Of a stretch of 64,000 nt of DNA, positions 52,852 through 62,084 are shown piece by piece. The notes beneath the pieces were generated by a model. The model ran no database searches. It was not told where the DNA came from and saw only the letters and a list, made by a program, of their open reading frames with translations. The position numbers and the translations under genes were made by a program. Source of the stretch: Pricia antarctica. Its GTDB lineage: Bacteria > Bacteroidota > Bacteroidia > Flavobacteriales > Flavobacteriaceae. How positions within the stretch are numbered: the first letter of the stretch is position 1; each line of letters begins with the position of its first letter. The stretch covers positions 308,571-372,570 of the forward strand of contig DRGL01000023.1 of assembly GCA_011050085.1 (NCBI GenBank). Direction: 5' to 3'.

Positions 52852-53916
52852 TTAACCTAAAATAAATCCATTTTTCATGGGGTCGCTTGGATCGATTACG
52901 AAAGTGTTCATTCCCGTAATATAGGCCATACCCTCAATCTGCGGGATAACCGCCTTATAAGGGCCATATTCTTGTTCGGAAACGACAGAACCCTTGAATA
53001 TGGAACCTGTTATACTCTCAATAGACATAGTTTCTCCGATTTCAATTTCTTTTCTTGCCCTATGAATCGCCATCCTTCCAGATACCCCTGAACCCGTGGG
53101 GCTTCGGTCTACCTCTCCATTTGCGAAAACACAAACATTTCTACTATCATTGGTTAATCCTATTGAATCGCCAATGAAAATGGTTCCATAGAGAAAACTG
53201 AGCTCTTTTTCAAAAGGATGGATGATTTCTGTATCCTGATGCATAATGGCACGTTTGATGTCCATTCCTGAGGACATCAGTTTATGATATGATTTAGAGG
53301 ATAGGTCGAAGTTAAAGTTGTTTTTGACGAGATCAACATATGCATAGAAAGCGCCGCCATAAGCTAGGTCATAGGTTACTTTTCCAAAGTTTTCAATTTC
53401 TACAGTTCTATCGAGCCCTACTACAAAACTGGGTATACAATGAAATCGAACTCCCCTAATCGCAGCTTTACGAACGTGCACAAATGCATTGATACGCCCA
53501 CAGGGGGTATCGATTTTCAAACTATTATCGCCTTCTTTTACGTCAATCCATCCCATTTGTACCGCCAAGGTCGCTAGGGCGATAATGGCATGGCCGCACA
53601 TGGTACTATAGCCTTCGTTGTGTAGAAAAATGACTCCGAAATCGCCATCTTTATCGTTCGGAGGCGTCAAAACACAGCCATACATATCGGCATGCCCCCG
53701 AGGTTCGAACATCAAGGCAGTTCGTAAGTGGTCGTAATTATCTTTGCAATAGCGACGGTAGTCCAATACACAATTTCCAAATAATTCGGGAAAACCGTCA
53801 ACAATGACTCGCAAAGGTTCGCCACCGGTATGCATATCAATTGTTTTAATCTTAAGCCAATCTTTTGGAGGATAAAAATCCGTGTTTTGCCTCATATTTT
53901 GGAAGAAACTATCCAT
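52852..53916 (-). CDS. Proline racemase superfamily, Cys/Thr type: probable trans-3-hydroxy-L-proline dehydratase
   Basis: IDMHTGGEPLR, EPRGHADMYG, HNEGYSTMCGH (Cys), VDRSPTGSG (Thr in place of the second Cys). Confidence 0.85.
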   Translation of the reverse strand: MDSFFQNMRQNTDFYPPKDWLKIKTIDMHTGGEPLRVIVDGFPELFGNCVLDYRRYCKDNYDHLRTALMFEPRGHADMYGCVLTPPNDKDGDFGVIFLHNEGYSTMCGHAIIALATLAVQMGWIDVKEGDNSLKIDTPCGRINAFVHVRKAAIRGVRFHCIPSFVVGLDRTVEIENFGKVTYDLAYGGAFYAYVDLVKNNFNFDLSSKSYHKLMSSGMDIKRAIMHQDTEIIHPFEKELSFLYGTIFIGDSIGLTNDSRNVCVFANGEVDRSPTGSGVSGRMAIHRARKEIEIGETMSIESITGSIFKGSVVSEQEYGPYKAVIPQIEGMAYITGMNTFVIDPSDPMKNGFILG

Positions 53917-54868
53917 CTATAAATTTTTTATAGTAATATGATGCTGCCATCAGGTCTTCAAGCGCGTGCCCTACAGATTTAAAGTATGTGATTTCTTCAG
54001 GACGGCTTCTTCCCTTCACCTTTTTGGAACATAGACCAAAGAAATCACCCTTTATATTTTCTTTCATTAGGGCTCCATTTTGTAAAGCAATAACGATATC
54101 ACCGCTTTCTTTAAGTCCGCCTTGAAATGTATCGATAAAAACGGATGCCTTTTTTATGACTTCATCATCGGCCTCGCGCATATCTTTTCGGTAGGCACCG
54201 ACTAAATCGATATGCTGTCCCTTTTTGAGGTATTTTCCCAATACCAAAGGCGATTTAGAGAGCGTTGCACAAGAAATGATATCGACCTCTGTAATTTTTT
54301 CCTCTATGGTCTTGACAGCCTCACATAAAAAAGCTTTGTTTTTGAACCCATCACAAACCGCTTGGGCTTTCTTTAAGTTTCGCCCCCATACATATACTTT
54401 TTTAATAGGTCGAACACTGGCATGGGCATGAATTAAGTTTGAAGAAAGCGCCCCAGTACCGATCATTAATAACGAAGCAGAGTCTTTTCGGGATAAAAAT
54501 GAGGACGCCAGTGCCGAGGCCGCAGCAGTTCGTTTTGCTGTAAGGCTCTTTGCTTGAAAAATAGCTTTCATCGTACCGGTTAACGCATCCATCAAAATAT
54601 AGACCGCCTGAATGGAAGGCAGATCGAACTGTCCGTTTTCAGGACTTACCGTGGCAATCTTGACTCCAGCATCATTACCTGAATGCCAAGCTGGCATCAG
54701 CAATAGTGTAGAATCCGCCCCAACTCGTGGGTTCGCGAAATCGTGATGATGCCGCATCGGGACCATGATTTCATCGGATGCAAAACCCTTCCTCAAAACA
54801 GCGATGAGCTCAGGAAATTCAGTGTTCTTATTTATAAATTCATCTGGTATTAGAACCATGTTTCCCAT
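53909..54868 (-). CDS. Ornithine cyclodeaminase / mu-crystallin family: probable delta1-pyrroline-2-carboxylate reductase
   Basis: LLMPAW, GVKIATVSP, TAKRTAAASALA, IGTGA, HIDLVGA, FKSVGHALEDL. 8-nt overlap with the downstream gene; start moved to MGNMVL. Confidence 0.85.
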   Translation of the reverse strand: MGNMVLIPDEFINKNTEFPELIAVLRKGFASDEIMVPMRHHHDFANPRVGADSTLLLMPAWHSGNDAGVKIATVSPENGQFDLPSIQAVYILMDALTGTMKAIFQAKSLTAKRTAAASALASSFLSRKDSASLLMIGTGALSSNLIHAHASVRPIKKVYVWGRNLKKAQAVCDGFKNKAFLCEAVKTIEEKITEVDIISCATLSKSPLVLGKYLKKGQHIDLVGAYRKDMREADDEVIKKASVFIDTFQGGLKESGDIVIALQNGALMKENIKGDFFGLCSKKVKGRSRPEEITYFKSVGHALEDLMAASYYYKKFIDG

Positions 54869-55136
54869 AGTAATCAAAAATAGGCAAAACAAGAGACATG
54901 GTTTTTGATGCTCGAACCTATGATTATTCATATAAAACATAGGTATTGAATACACACAGGTAGCATGAAGAACGTGTGAGGGCATTTGTATGCACTCCTT
55001 ATCAATCACCTCTTTTTACCGAAAACCGTCACATTTGAAACTTATTCTGGTGCCATCATATTGGAATTTTACTTAGAAAAATTATCGGAAAAAATTGTTA
55101 TCACTTTCGACCCATCTATTGGCAATAAACGTAAAT

Positions 55137-55409
55137 CTACGCACGCAACACCTCAACCTATTCCCCTTCTGTACATATGACATAATCATGGTCACATAGC
55201 ATCTCGGGCTGAATTTCCGGTAAACAACACTGGCCTAAATATGAAGCGTTCAATAGGATGCGGAAGGTTTTGGTCTCGTTCTTCTTCATACCAAAATAGA
55301 AATTGGCCCAATCGTTCAGAAGGTCAGTATGGGTTACCTCTTTTTGAGAATAATCGCCGAAAACGGTGAAACGGGTGTTGAAGATTTCCCAGCCGCTGGG
55401 AAAGATTTA
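55137..55409 (-). pseudogene. C-terminal remnant of a bacterial alpha-2-macroglobulin (MG10 domain)
   Basis: *IFPSGWEIFNTRFTVFGDYSQKEVTHTDLLNDWANFYFGMKKNETKTFRILLNASYLGQCCLPEIQPEMLCDHDYVICTEGE*VEVLRA* matches the recalled PSGWEI...DDR...ETKTF..LLNASYLG.YYLP....EAMYD...G.WVEV pattern. Confidence 0.75.
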
Positions 55410-55674
55410 GGTTGTTGCGTGACTCTTACAAAACCATTTTAAGCATCTGCGTTTCTAAATGTGACATCAAACTCCGGCCCTTAGTTACACCTGAAATATA
55501 TCCGAAAATCCTAGAAATAGGCGGTTCAACGAAAAGAAACAATATAATATGCTAGTAAGTAGAATTTTTTCAATCTTCGCTGTGTTGATGTTTCCCCATC
55601 GGCATTAGAACACGAGAACCCCATTCTTCGCACCTACGATTTAGAACACGCCTACTTACAAAATAGAACTTTGT

Positions 55675-56151
55675 ATGAAAATGAGGATACACTTAATTGT
55701 CCTCGCCGTATTTACCAGTGTTTTGGCCTCTTGCTCAAAAGAGACCTCAGAAACCGTAGATATCGTCGAGAAGGAGAATGTCACTGAAGTTGAACAAAAT
55801 GTATTGGCCACGGTTAACGAGTATCGGGTCTCATACGGTTTGAACGCCCTAAAATTCGACCCTATAGCCTATAAGTATGCAAGTGAGCATACCGACTATA
55901 TGATTGCCAAGGGAGCCCTTAGCCATGATGAATTTACTGCAAGGGCGACGGCATTGGCAGCCGATGTAGACGTCGAGCTCGTAGCAGAAAACGTAGCGAA
56001 AGACTATACGACCGCTACAGAAGTATTTCAAGGCTGGCTTGAAAGTACAAACCACAGAAGAACGATGGAAGGCGATTTCAATCATACTGCTGTGAGTGTC
56101 AAAAAAGACTCGAACGGCACCTTTTACTTTACACAGATTTTTTATCGGTAA
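55675..56151 (+). CDS. CAP (SCP/YkwD-like) domain lipoprotein
   Basis: Lipobox LASC; VNEYRVS, HTDYM, SHDEF, AENVA, WLESTNHR. Confidence 0.9.
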   Translation: MKMRIHLIVLAVFTSVLASCSKETSETVDIVEKENVTEVEQNVLATVNEYRVSYGLNALKFDPIAYKYASEHTDYMIAKGALSHDEFTARATALAADVDVELVAENVAKDYTTATEVFQGWLESTNHRRTMEGDFNHTAVSVKKDSNGTFYFTQIFYR

Positions 56152-56259
56152 GTTATTTTAATACATTTGGGACAAGTTGTTAAAGGCTAAGCGTTTTTTT
56201 AAGTAGGATGATTTCTTATTTATAACGCGAAATGTCATGCACTATTAAACTTTTCCCAT

Positions 56260-56799
56260 ATGCCGATCAATCCCCCATTCAACCTTACGAAATGGATTTC
56301 CGAGAATCGTGATTCCTTGAAACCTCCCGTAGGTAATAAAAATCTATATAAAGATGCGGGCGATTACATCGTTATGGTCGTTGCCGGTCCGAATGCAAGA
56401 AAAGACTACCACTACAACGAAACGGAAGAACTTTTTTATCAGCTGGAAGGAAATATTGAAATTCATATACAGGATGAGGGTCTCAAAAGAACCTTCAAAC
56501 TCGGTCCAGGAGATATGTATTTGCATCCCGCGAAGGTACCTCATTCACCCGTGCGCTACGAAAACAGTATAGGTTTGGTCGTCGAGCGCAAACGTGCGGA
56601 TATGAATGTTGATGATGGACTGCTTTGGTTCTGCGACAATTGCAACCACAAACTTTACGAAGCCTATTTTACGCTGAATGATATTGAGAAAGATTTTTTA
56701 GGACACTTTAAACACTTCTATAGTTCAGAAAGTCTACGTACCTGTGACAATTGCGGAACAGTTATGCCCGTAGATGAACGTTTTGTAGCAATAACCTAA
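56260..56799 (+). CDS. nbaC: 3-hydroxyanthranilate 3,4-dioxygenase
   Basis: LKPPVGNK, GPNARKDYH, EELFYQLEG, PHSPVR; two CDNC rubredoxin-like pairs. Confidence 0.96.
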   Translation: MPINPPFNLTKWISENRDSLKPPVGNKNLYKDAGDYIVMVVAGPNARKDYHYNETEELFYQLEGNIEIHIQDEGLKRTFKLGPGDMYLHPAKVPHSPVRYENSIGLVVERKRADMNVDDGLLWFCDNCNHKLYEAYFTLNDIEKDFLGHFKHFYSSESLRTCDNCGTVMPVDERFVAIT

Positions 56800-56811
56800 T
56801 TTGCGCTACTT

Positions 56812-58446
56812 ATGACAAAGTCCCTAATAGCCAAGTATGCCGCAATCAAACTTCTAGGCACAGGTATTTCGGTACTCGCTTTTTTTACAATCAATAAAAC
56901 CTATGAAGATAGAAATAAGGCGACAATAGACAATACGGTTGCAAAGGCCGAACTCAAACTGGCTGAAGAGCTTAACAAAATCAATCTGGTCATCGAATCT
57001 ATGGCCTTTTTCTATGAAAATACCTCTGAAGTTTCGCAACAGCTCTTCGACCGGTTTACCAACCCTTTCATTAAAGAACTAAATGGTATCGGGGCATTGG
57101 AATGGGCTCCAAAGGTTAATGATATCCTTGAAAAAGATCTCGAAAGATTGACGATTATTACCAAAACGAATGCCGCAGACAGTTTAATCGTTTCGAACGC
57201 CAAGGGATTACATTACCCTATTCAAGCTTTGAACCCGATTGCATCTTTGCAAAAAGCAATTGGCTATGATCTCTATTCCGACGAGATACGAAGAACAGCT
57301 ATCGATAAAACAATTCAGACCCAGCAAGTAGCGTTGACAGCACCCATGAGTCTTGTTCTGAACAATAATGGTGTGCCTGGAGTCATGGCCGTGAAATCTG
57401 TTTCCGATACCATATTGAACCAGACAAAAGGGGTGGTGGCCGCAGTGTATCGTATGGATGCACTTGTTGGGAATACACTTGCCACTGAGCTCAATATTCT
57501 TGATATTTACATAAGTGACGAGACTTCCGAGAGTGAGCTGTTGTATTCCAGTTTCAAGGAAAACGAGGGAAATGGTATTCTTAACAATGCCATTACCAAA
57601 CGGATTAAGGCGGTAGATCGTCTATGGGACATCCATTTTATTCCAAAACCAAAGTATCTATCTTTTCCCCATGCGTTTGAATCATATCTTGTACTTATTT
57701 TCGGCTTGATTTCTACCCTATTACTGACCTATACCATTAAGAAAAGAGACGGATATAATGACCGTTTGGAGGCACGCGTAAGATTACGGACTGCCGAATT
57801 GGAAGCTTCGAACGAAATGAAGGAAAACCTACTACGGGAGATACACCACAGGGTAAAGAATAATTTGCAGATTACCTCAAGCTTAATGAACATGCAGAAA
57901 CGAAAACTGAACAGCCAAGAGGCTGTTTCTGCACTTGAAGACAGCCAAGCTCGAATATTGGCCATCGCATTGACGCATCAGAAAATTTATCAAGACAAAG
58001 ACTCAAAAGCCGTTAATCTTCCCGAATATCTTAACGACCTGATGGAGCATACCAAGAAAATTTCGTCATCATTCAGCTATAAAATCGATTGCCCTAATAT
58101 ATCGATAGATCTAGATAATGCCGTACCCTTGGCCCTTATCATATCAGAGCTGGCGACAAATGCCGTTAAGCACGCTTACCCCGATGCTACCAGATACAAC
58201 GAATTACTTATAAATGTTGAACGCTCAAGCAAAGAAGAGGTTTCTTTAACCATGTTAGACAATGGACAAGGACTTCCCGATGACTTTGACATAAAAAATG
58301 CCGAGGGCATTGGTTTTGAAATCATAAGGGCTTTATGCAGACAGATATCCGCAAAACTCACCTACGAATCTAACCCAAAGGGAACCCAATTCAATCTTAT
58401 TTTTAGGAACACGGTATCGAATGGCATGCCTCAAATAGGCAAATAG
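56812..58446 (+). CDS. Membrane sensor histidine kinase, CHASE + HisKA_2 + HATPase
   Basis: Two TM segments flanking a CHASE domain (ALEWAP, AIGYDLYS..RR.AI, LTAP); REIHHRVKNNLQ, ELATNAVKHA, DNGQG, GIGFEII. Confidence 0.9.
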   Translation: MTKSLIAKYAAIKLLGTGISVLAFFTINKTYEDRNKATIDNTVAKAELKLAEELNKINLVIESMAFFYENTSEVSQQLFDRFTNPFIKELNGIGALEWAPKVNDILEKDLERLTIITKTNAADSLIVSNAKGLHYPIQALNPIASLQKAIGYDLYSDEIRRTAIDKTIQTQQVALTAPMSLVLNNNGVPGVMAVKSVSDTILNQTKGVVAAVYRMDALVGNTLATELNILDIYISDETSESELLYSSFKENEGNGILNNAITKRIKAVDRLWDIHFIPKPKYLSFPHAFESYLVLIFGLISTLLLTYTIKKRDGYNDRLEARVRLRTAELEASNEMKENLLREIHHRVKNNLQITSSLMNMQKRKLNSQEAVSALEDSQARILAIALTHQKIYQDKDSKAVNLPEYLNDLMEHTKKISSSFSYKIDCPNISIDLDNAVPLALIISELATNAVKHAYPDATRYNELLINVERSSKEEVSLTMLDNGQGLPDDFDIKNAEGIGFEIIRALCRQISAKLTYESNPKGTQFNLIFRNTVSNGMPQIGK

Positions 58447-58496
58447 GATATACAAAATAACTTCAGGAAGTTATCAAATTCGTAAGATTTCCAATT

Positions 58497-58853
58497 ATGG
58501 TAGTATAGGTTTTAGTAGGTAGTATAGCACTTTTACCTGTTTATCTTCTATGGATCGAGAAGTTTACGTGGAATAGAAAAGAAAAAAACTTTAAGAATCT
58601 TCCCTCCGAAATTTTTGTGCCCACTAGAGTTATGGCTGCCAATTAAGGCTTGTATAATGGGTTTTTAGCCGTAGGCTTGATTTGGACATTCTTCATTGAA
58701 GATCCAATTTGGAAAATCAATATTTCAATTTTCTTTTTAGGATGTATGACGGTCGCCGGAATTTTTGGTGCCTTTTTTATAGGACTAAAGATTTTCTTCG
58801 TTCAGGTTTTGTCTACGCTGTTGGCCCTGGTTGTTATTGCTGCACGCATCTAA
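58497..58853 (+). pseudogene. DUF1304-family membrane protein pseudogene
   Basis: MVV*VLVGSIALLPVYLLWIEKFTW...VMAAN*GLYNGFLAVGLIW...GCMTVAGIFGA...IFFVQ. In-frame stops at 58506 and 58644, the latter in the NQGLYNGFL motif. Confidence 0.8.
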
Positions 58854-59412
58854 ACAGTTGTATCTTTATACTACATAATTACAAGGATGATTTAATTGAA
58901 TGGCGTCTTTCTCCCCTATTTCCAGATTACTCATTTTGTTTCTAAACCTACAATATCAACATGATTGGGATTTATTTCAAAATTTGCAAATATCGAACCA
59001 TAAGAATGAAATTCTTCTTCAGAAGATACATCAAAGGTTTTGAACTAGCACCTACCTAGGTAAAGTTGCTGATAAAACATTCAAAAATCTTTGGCCACAG
59101 GACAATAAAATATTTGACTTTTTCGATTTAATTTTCCATAAAATTCACCTAAACCGCTACATATAATGATTACTGTAGTAAAATATGTAATAGGCATATC
59201 ACTTTCTATTCTTGAGTGGGACATACTTTATGAAAAACCTTATTAAAATCAGCCATTACTTGTCCATTCTAAAGAACTCAATAGAGAGCTTACGATATCA
59301 TATAAATACTAAGCTCCGGTTTCTGGCTTATGTAATAAATGGCAAAAATCAAATAGTAAGATTTTTAAATGACCGAAACATTTAATCCTATTTCCAGAGG
59401 TATTTAATTTTG

Positions 59413-59420
59413 TAGCTTTG
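59413..59420 (+). promoter_or_regulatory. Putative -7 promoter box for the ALDH gene
   Basis: TAGCTTTG, 37 nt upstream of the ATG. Confidence 0.5.
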
Positions 59421-59457
59421 CCAAAAAATATAACGATTCACCTCTAAAAAGTTGTAA

Positions 59458-61011
59458 ATGTCAAAAATCGCCAAAGAATTCGGTATCGAAGATGCTCTTA
59501 ATGCATTGGGAATTAAAGAAGTCAATGAAGGGACTTCCACAGGTTCAACTAATTTTGGCACCGGTGATATTTTGTCCTCGTATTCTCCTGTCGACGGCGC
59601 TTTAATCGCTAAAGTTAAAACGACCACAAAGGAAGATTTCAATAAAGTTTTAGATGCTGCAACTAGTGCCTTTAGTACATGGCGTAAGATGCCCGCACCG
59701 CAACGCGGTGAAATCGTTCGCCAATTTGGTAATAAACTACGTGATTTGAAAGAACCCCTGGGTAAGCTAGTTTCTTATGAAATGGGAAAAAGCTATCAAG
59801 AAGGTTTGGGCGAAGTACAAGAAATGATCGATATCTGCGATTTTGCTGTCGGACTGTCAAGGCAACTTCATGGGCTAACCATGCATTCCGAACGACCTGG
59901 TCACCGTATGTACGAACAATATCATCCACTTGGAGTGGTGGGCATTATTTCTGCCTTCAACTTTCCAGTCGCCGTTTGGGCTTGGAATACCGCCTTGGCA
60001 TGGGTCTGTGGGGATGTATGTGTTTGGAAACCTTCTGAAAAAACACCTTTATGCGGTGTAGCCTGCCAAAATATCGCCGCTGAGGTCTTTAGCGCAAACG
60101 GACTTCCAGAAGGTATATCCTGTTTGATCAATGGAAATTATGAGGTGGGGGAATTGATGACCAATGATTCCCGAATACCATTAGTATCGGCGACAGGATC
60201 GATTCGCATGGGAAAAATCGTCGCGCAGACGGTTGCCGCCCGCTTAGGAAAATCGCTTCTTGAACTAGGAGGCAATAATGCCATCATCGTAACCCCGGAT
60301 GCCGATATTAAAATGACTGTCATCGGCGCGGTATTCGGTGCCGTCGGAACCGCAGGACAGCGGTGTACCTCGACCCGAAGAGTTATCATTCATGATTCCA
60401 TTTACGATAAGGTAAAGCATGCTATAGTAGATGCCTACAAACAGCTGCGCATAGGTAATCCATTAGACGAAAATAATCACGTAGGACCGTTGATTGATAG
60501 CGATGCCGTGGCCAACTACAACAAGGCTTTGGAAGAAGTGGTCGAAGAAGGTGGAACTGTAATTGTTGAAGGTGGGGTTCTAGAAGGCGAAGGCTATGAG
60601 AGTGGCTGCTATGTAAAACCGGCTATCGCTGAGGCCAAGCCGGGATACAAAATTGTGCAGCACGAAACCTTTGCCCCTGTGCTGTATCTCTTGAGCTATT
60701 CCGGAGATATCGAAAATGCCATCGAAATACAGAACGGTGTCGTTCAGGGACTTTCTTCTGCGATAATGACCACCAACCTGCGGGAAGCCGAAGCTTTTTT
60801 GTCGGTTACCGGCAGTGATTGCGGTATCGCCAATGTCAATATCGGAACTTCCGGTGCAGAGATCGGGGGTGCATTTGGTGGTGAAAAAGAGACTGGTGGT
60901 GGTCGCGAAAGTGGTTCAGATGCTTGGAAGGTGTATATGCGTCGTCAAACGAATACCATAAATTATACCAATCAACTCCCTCTAGCACAAGGTATAAAGT
61001 TTGACCTTTAG
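59458..61011 (+). CDS. Aldehyde dehydrogenase family 7 (piperideine-6-carboxylate / aminoadipate-semialdehyde dehydrogenase-like)
   Basis: GEVQEMIDICDFAVGLSRQL, ISAFNFPVAV, LELGGNNA, GTAGQRCT, AEIGGAFGGEKETGGGRESGSDAWK. Confidence 0.93.
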   Translation: MSKIAKEFGIEDALNALGIKEVNEGTSTGSTNFGTGDILSSYSPVDGALIAKVKTTTKEDFNKVLDAATSAFSTWRKMPAPQRGEIVRQFGNKLRDLKEPLGKLVSYEMGKSYQEGLGEVQEMIDICDFAVGLSRQLHGLTMHSERPGHRMYEQYHPLGVVGIISAFNFPVAVWAWNTALAWVCGDVCVWKPSEKTPLCGVACQNIAAEVFSANGLPEGISCLINGNYEVGELMTNDSRIPLVSATGSIRMGKIVAQTVAARLGKSLLELGGNNAIIVTPDADIKMTVIGAVFGAVGTAGQRCTSTRRVIIHDSIYDKVKHAIVDAYKQLRIGNPLDENNHVGPLIDSDAVANYNKALEEVVEEGGTVIVEGGVLEGEGYESGCYVKPAIAEAKPGYKIVQHETFAPVLYLLSYSGDIENAIEIQNGVVQGLSSAIMTTNLREAEAFLSVTGSDCGIANVNIGTSGAEIGGAFGGEKETGGGRESGSDAWKVYMRRQTNTINYTNQLPLAQGIKFDL

Positions 61012-61030
61012 ATTTGAAATTCAAAATCAA

Positions 61031-61101
61031 CCCGCTGCCATCCTTTTGCTAGCTCTTCCCCCGAATGGACTAGCCGAAATCACAGCGGGAATTGAAGACT
61101 A
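61031..61101 (-). repeat. Copy 1 of a 71-nt structured hairpin/terminator element
   Basis: cccgctg...gctag ctcttcccccgaatgg a ctagc...cagcggg; 60/71 identical to 62085-62155 by manual alignment. Confidence 0.85.
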
Positions 61102-61126
61102 TACGAATTGCATCAAACACGGGTTT

Positions 61127-61885
61127 CTAATGTTTTAGTCCATAATAATCGCAAACCGCATTGTAGTCGCTAAAATCTAAATCGGGAAGGACATGGCTTA
61201 CTTTTCCCACCGTGGTTCCGATATTCACCTTTATACCTATAATTCTTATCCCTGAGTATACCTCTCCAGGTCCGGTAGTTCTAATAATGTTACAAACCAT
61301 CGCAGATGTCATTAATCCAGAATAGGAAAATTGAACCCGATAGGTGGTATTGGAGCTGGAAGCCGATCCTGGCACAGCATATACTAGATTACCATTGACT
61401 AGATAAGCAAACCAGGCCGTAATGTCGTAATCAGCCTTTGAAATAACAACTGAAGATGAACTGCTACCGACAGAAAAATCATGTTCGCTGAAATCATATT
61501 GAATTGCATTGGCAATACCGTCTTCTCCCTTCGGACCGGTTGCGCCAACATCCCCTTGCTGGCCTTCTGGACCTTGCTCTCCTTGTATTCCGGTTGCGCC
61601 AACATCTCCTTGTGGGCCTTCTGGGCCTTGCTCTCCTTGTGGGCCTTGCTCACCTTGAGGGCCTCTTTCTCCTTGATCTCCCTTTTCCCCGGGAATACCT
61701 TGTGCCTCACCATCTTTTCCGTCATCACCGGCAGGGCCTTGCTCCCCTCTTTCACCTTGAACGCCCTGTTCCCCTTTGGGCCCGATGGGCCCAATTTCGC
61801 CTTCTACGGAGTCTTTGCTGCAGGCTGTTATTAGCAAGGCCAAAACGACTAACCAGTTCGTAAATATTTTTAATGTTGTTTTCAT
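61127..61885 (-). CDS. Collagen-like (Gly-X-Y) surface lipoprotein
   Basis: Lipobox LITAC; 32 Gly-X-Y triplets with one interruption; C-terminal globular domain ending ...[13 protein letters not shown]. Start moved to MKTTLK. Confidence 0.9.
   Translation of the reverse strand: MKTTLKIFTNWLVVLALLITACSKDSVEGEIGPIGPKGEQGVQGERGEQGPAGDDGKDGEAQGIPGEKGDQGERGPQGEQGPQGEQGPEGPQGDVGATGIQGEQGPEGQQGDVGATGPKGEDGIANAIQYDFSEHDFSVGSSSSSVVISKADYDITAWFAYLVNGNLVYAVPGSASSSNTTYRVQFSYSGLMTSAMVCNIIRTTGPGEVYSGIRIIGIKVNIGTTVGKVSHVLPDLDFSDYNAVCDYYGLKH
61511..61801 (-). repeat. Gly-X-Y collagen repeat tract with a 54-nt internal duplication
   Basis: 11 triplets + Q + 21 triplets; near-identical 54-nt units start at 61536 and 61590. 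Confidence 0.9.
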
Positions 61886-62084
61886 AATAAAAGGTTCTTT
61901 ATGCCTTTTTATGACAGCGAAAGCCAAAGGTTAACATTCAGAATAAAATGATGTTTTAATCCATTTAAGCGTTTTGTTTGCAATGTATTTGTAATTAAAA
62001 AACGTTGTTACTTAAGATTTAAACAATTCCAATTATAAGTATGGTATATAATAGGAAACTGGGTCTCAATACCTCAAAAAAAAA

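Noticed and set aside
56260-61011. nbaC + ALDH as a 2-aminomuconate semialdehyde degradation operon
   Set aside because: The ALDH has family-7 (antiquitin) signatures, has its own promoter box and is separated by other genes.
61399-61863. Overlapping ORFs 61399-61794, 61481-61834 and 61504-61863
   Set aside because: Open frames produced by the stop-poor Gly-X-Y codon pattern.
52852-61885. Functional link between the hydroxyproline operon and the collagen-like gene
   Set aside because: They are 6 kb apart with no shared regulation visible, and bacterial collagen-like proteins are generally not prolyl-hydroxylated.
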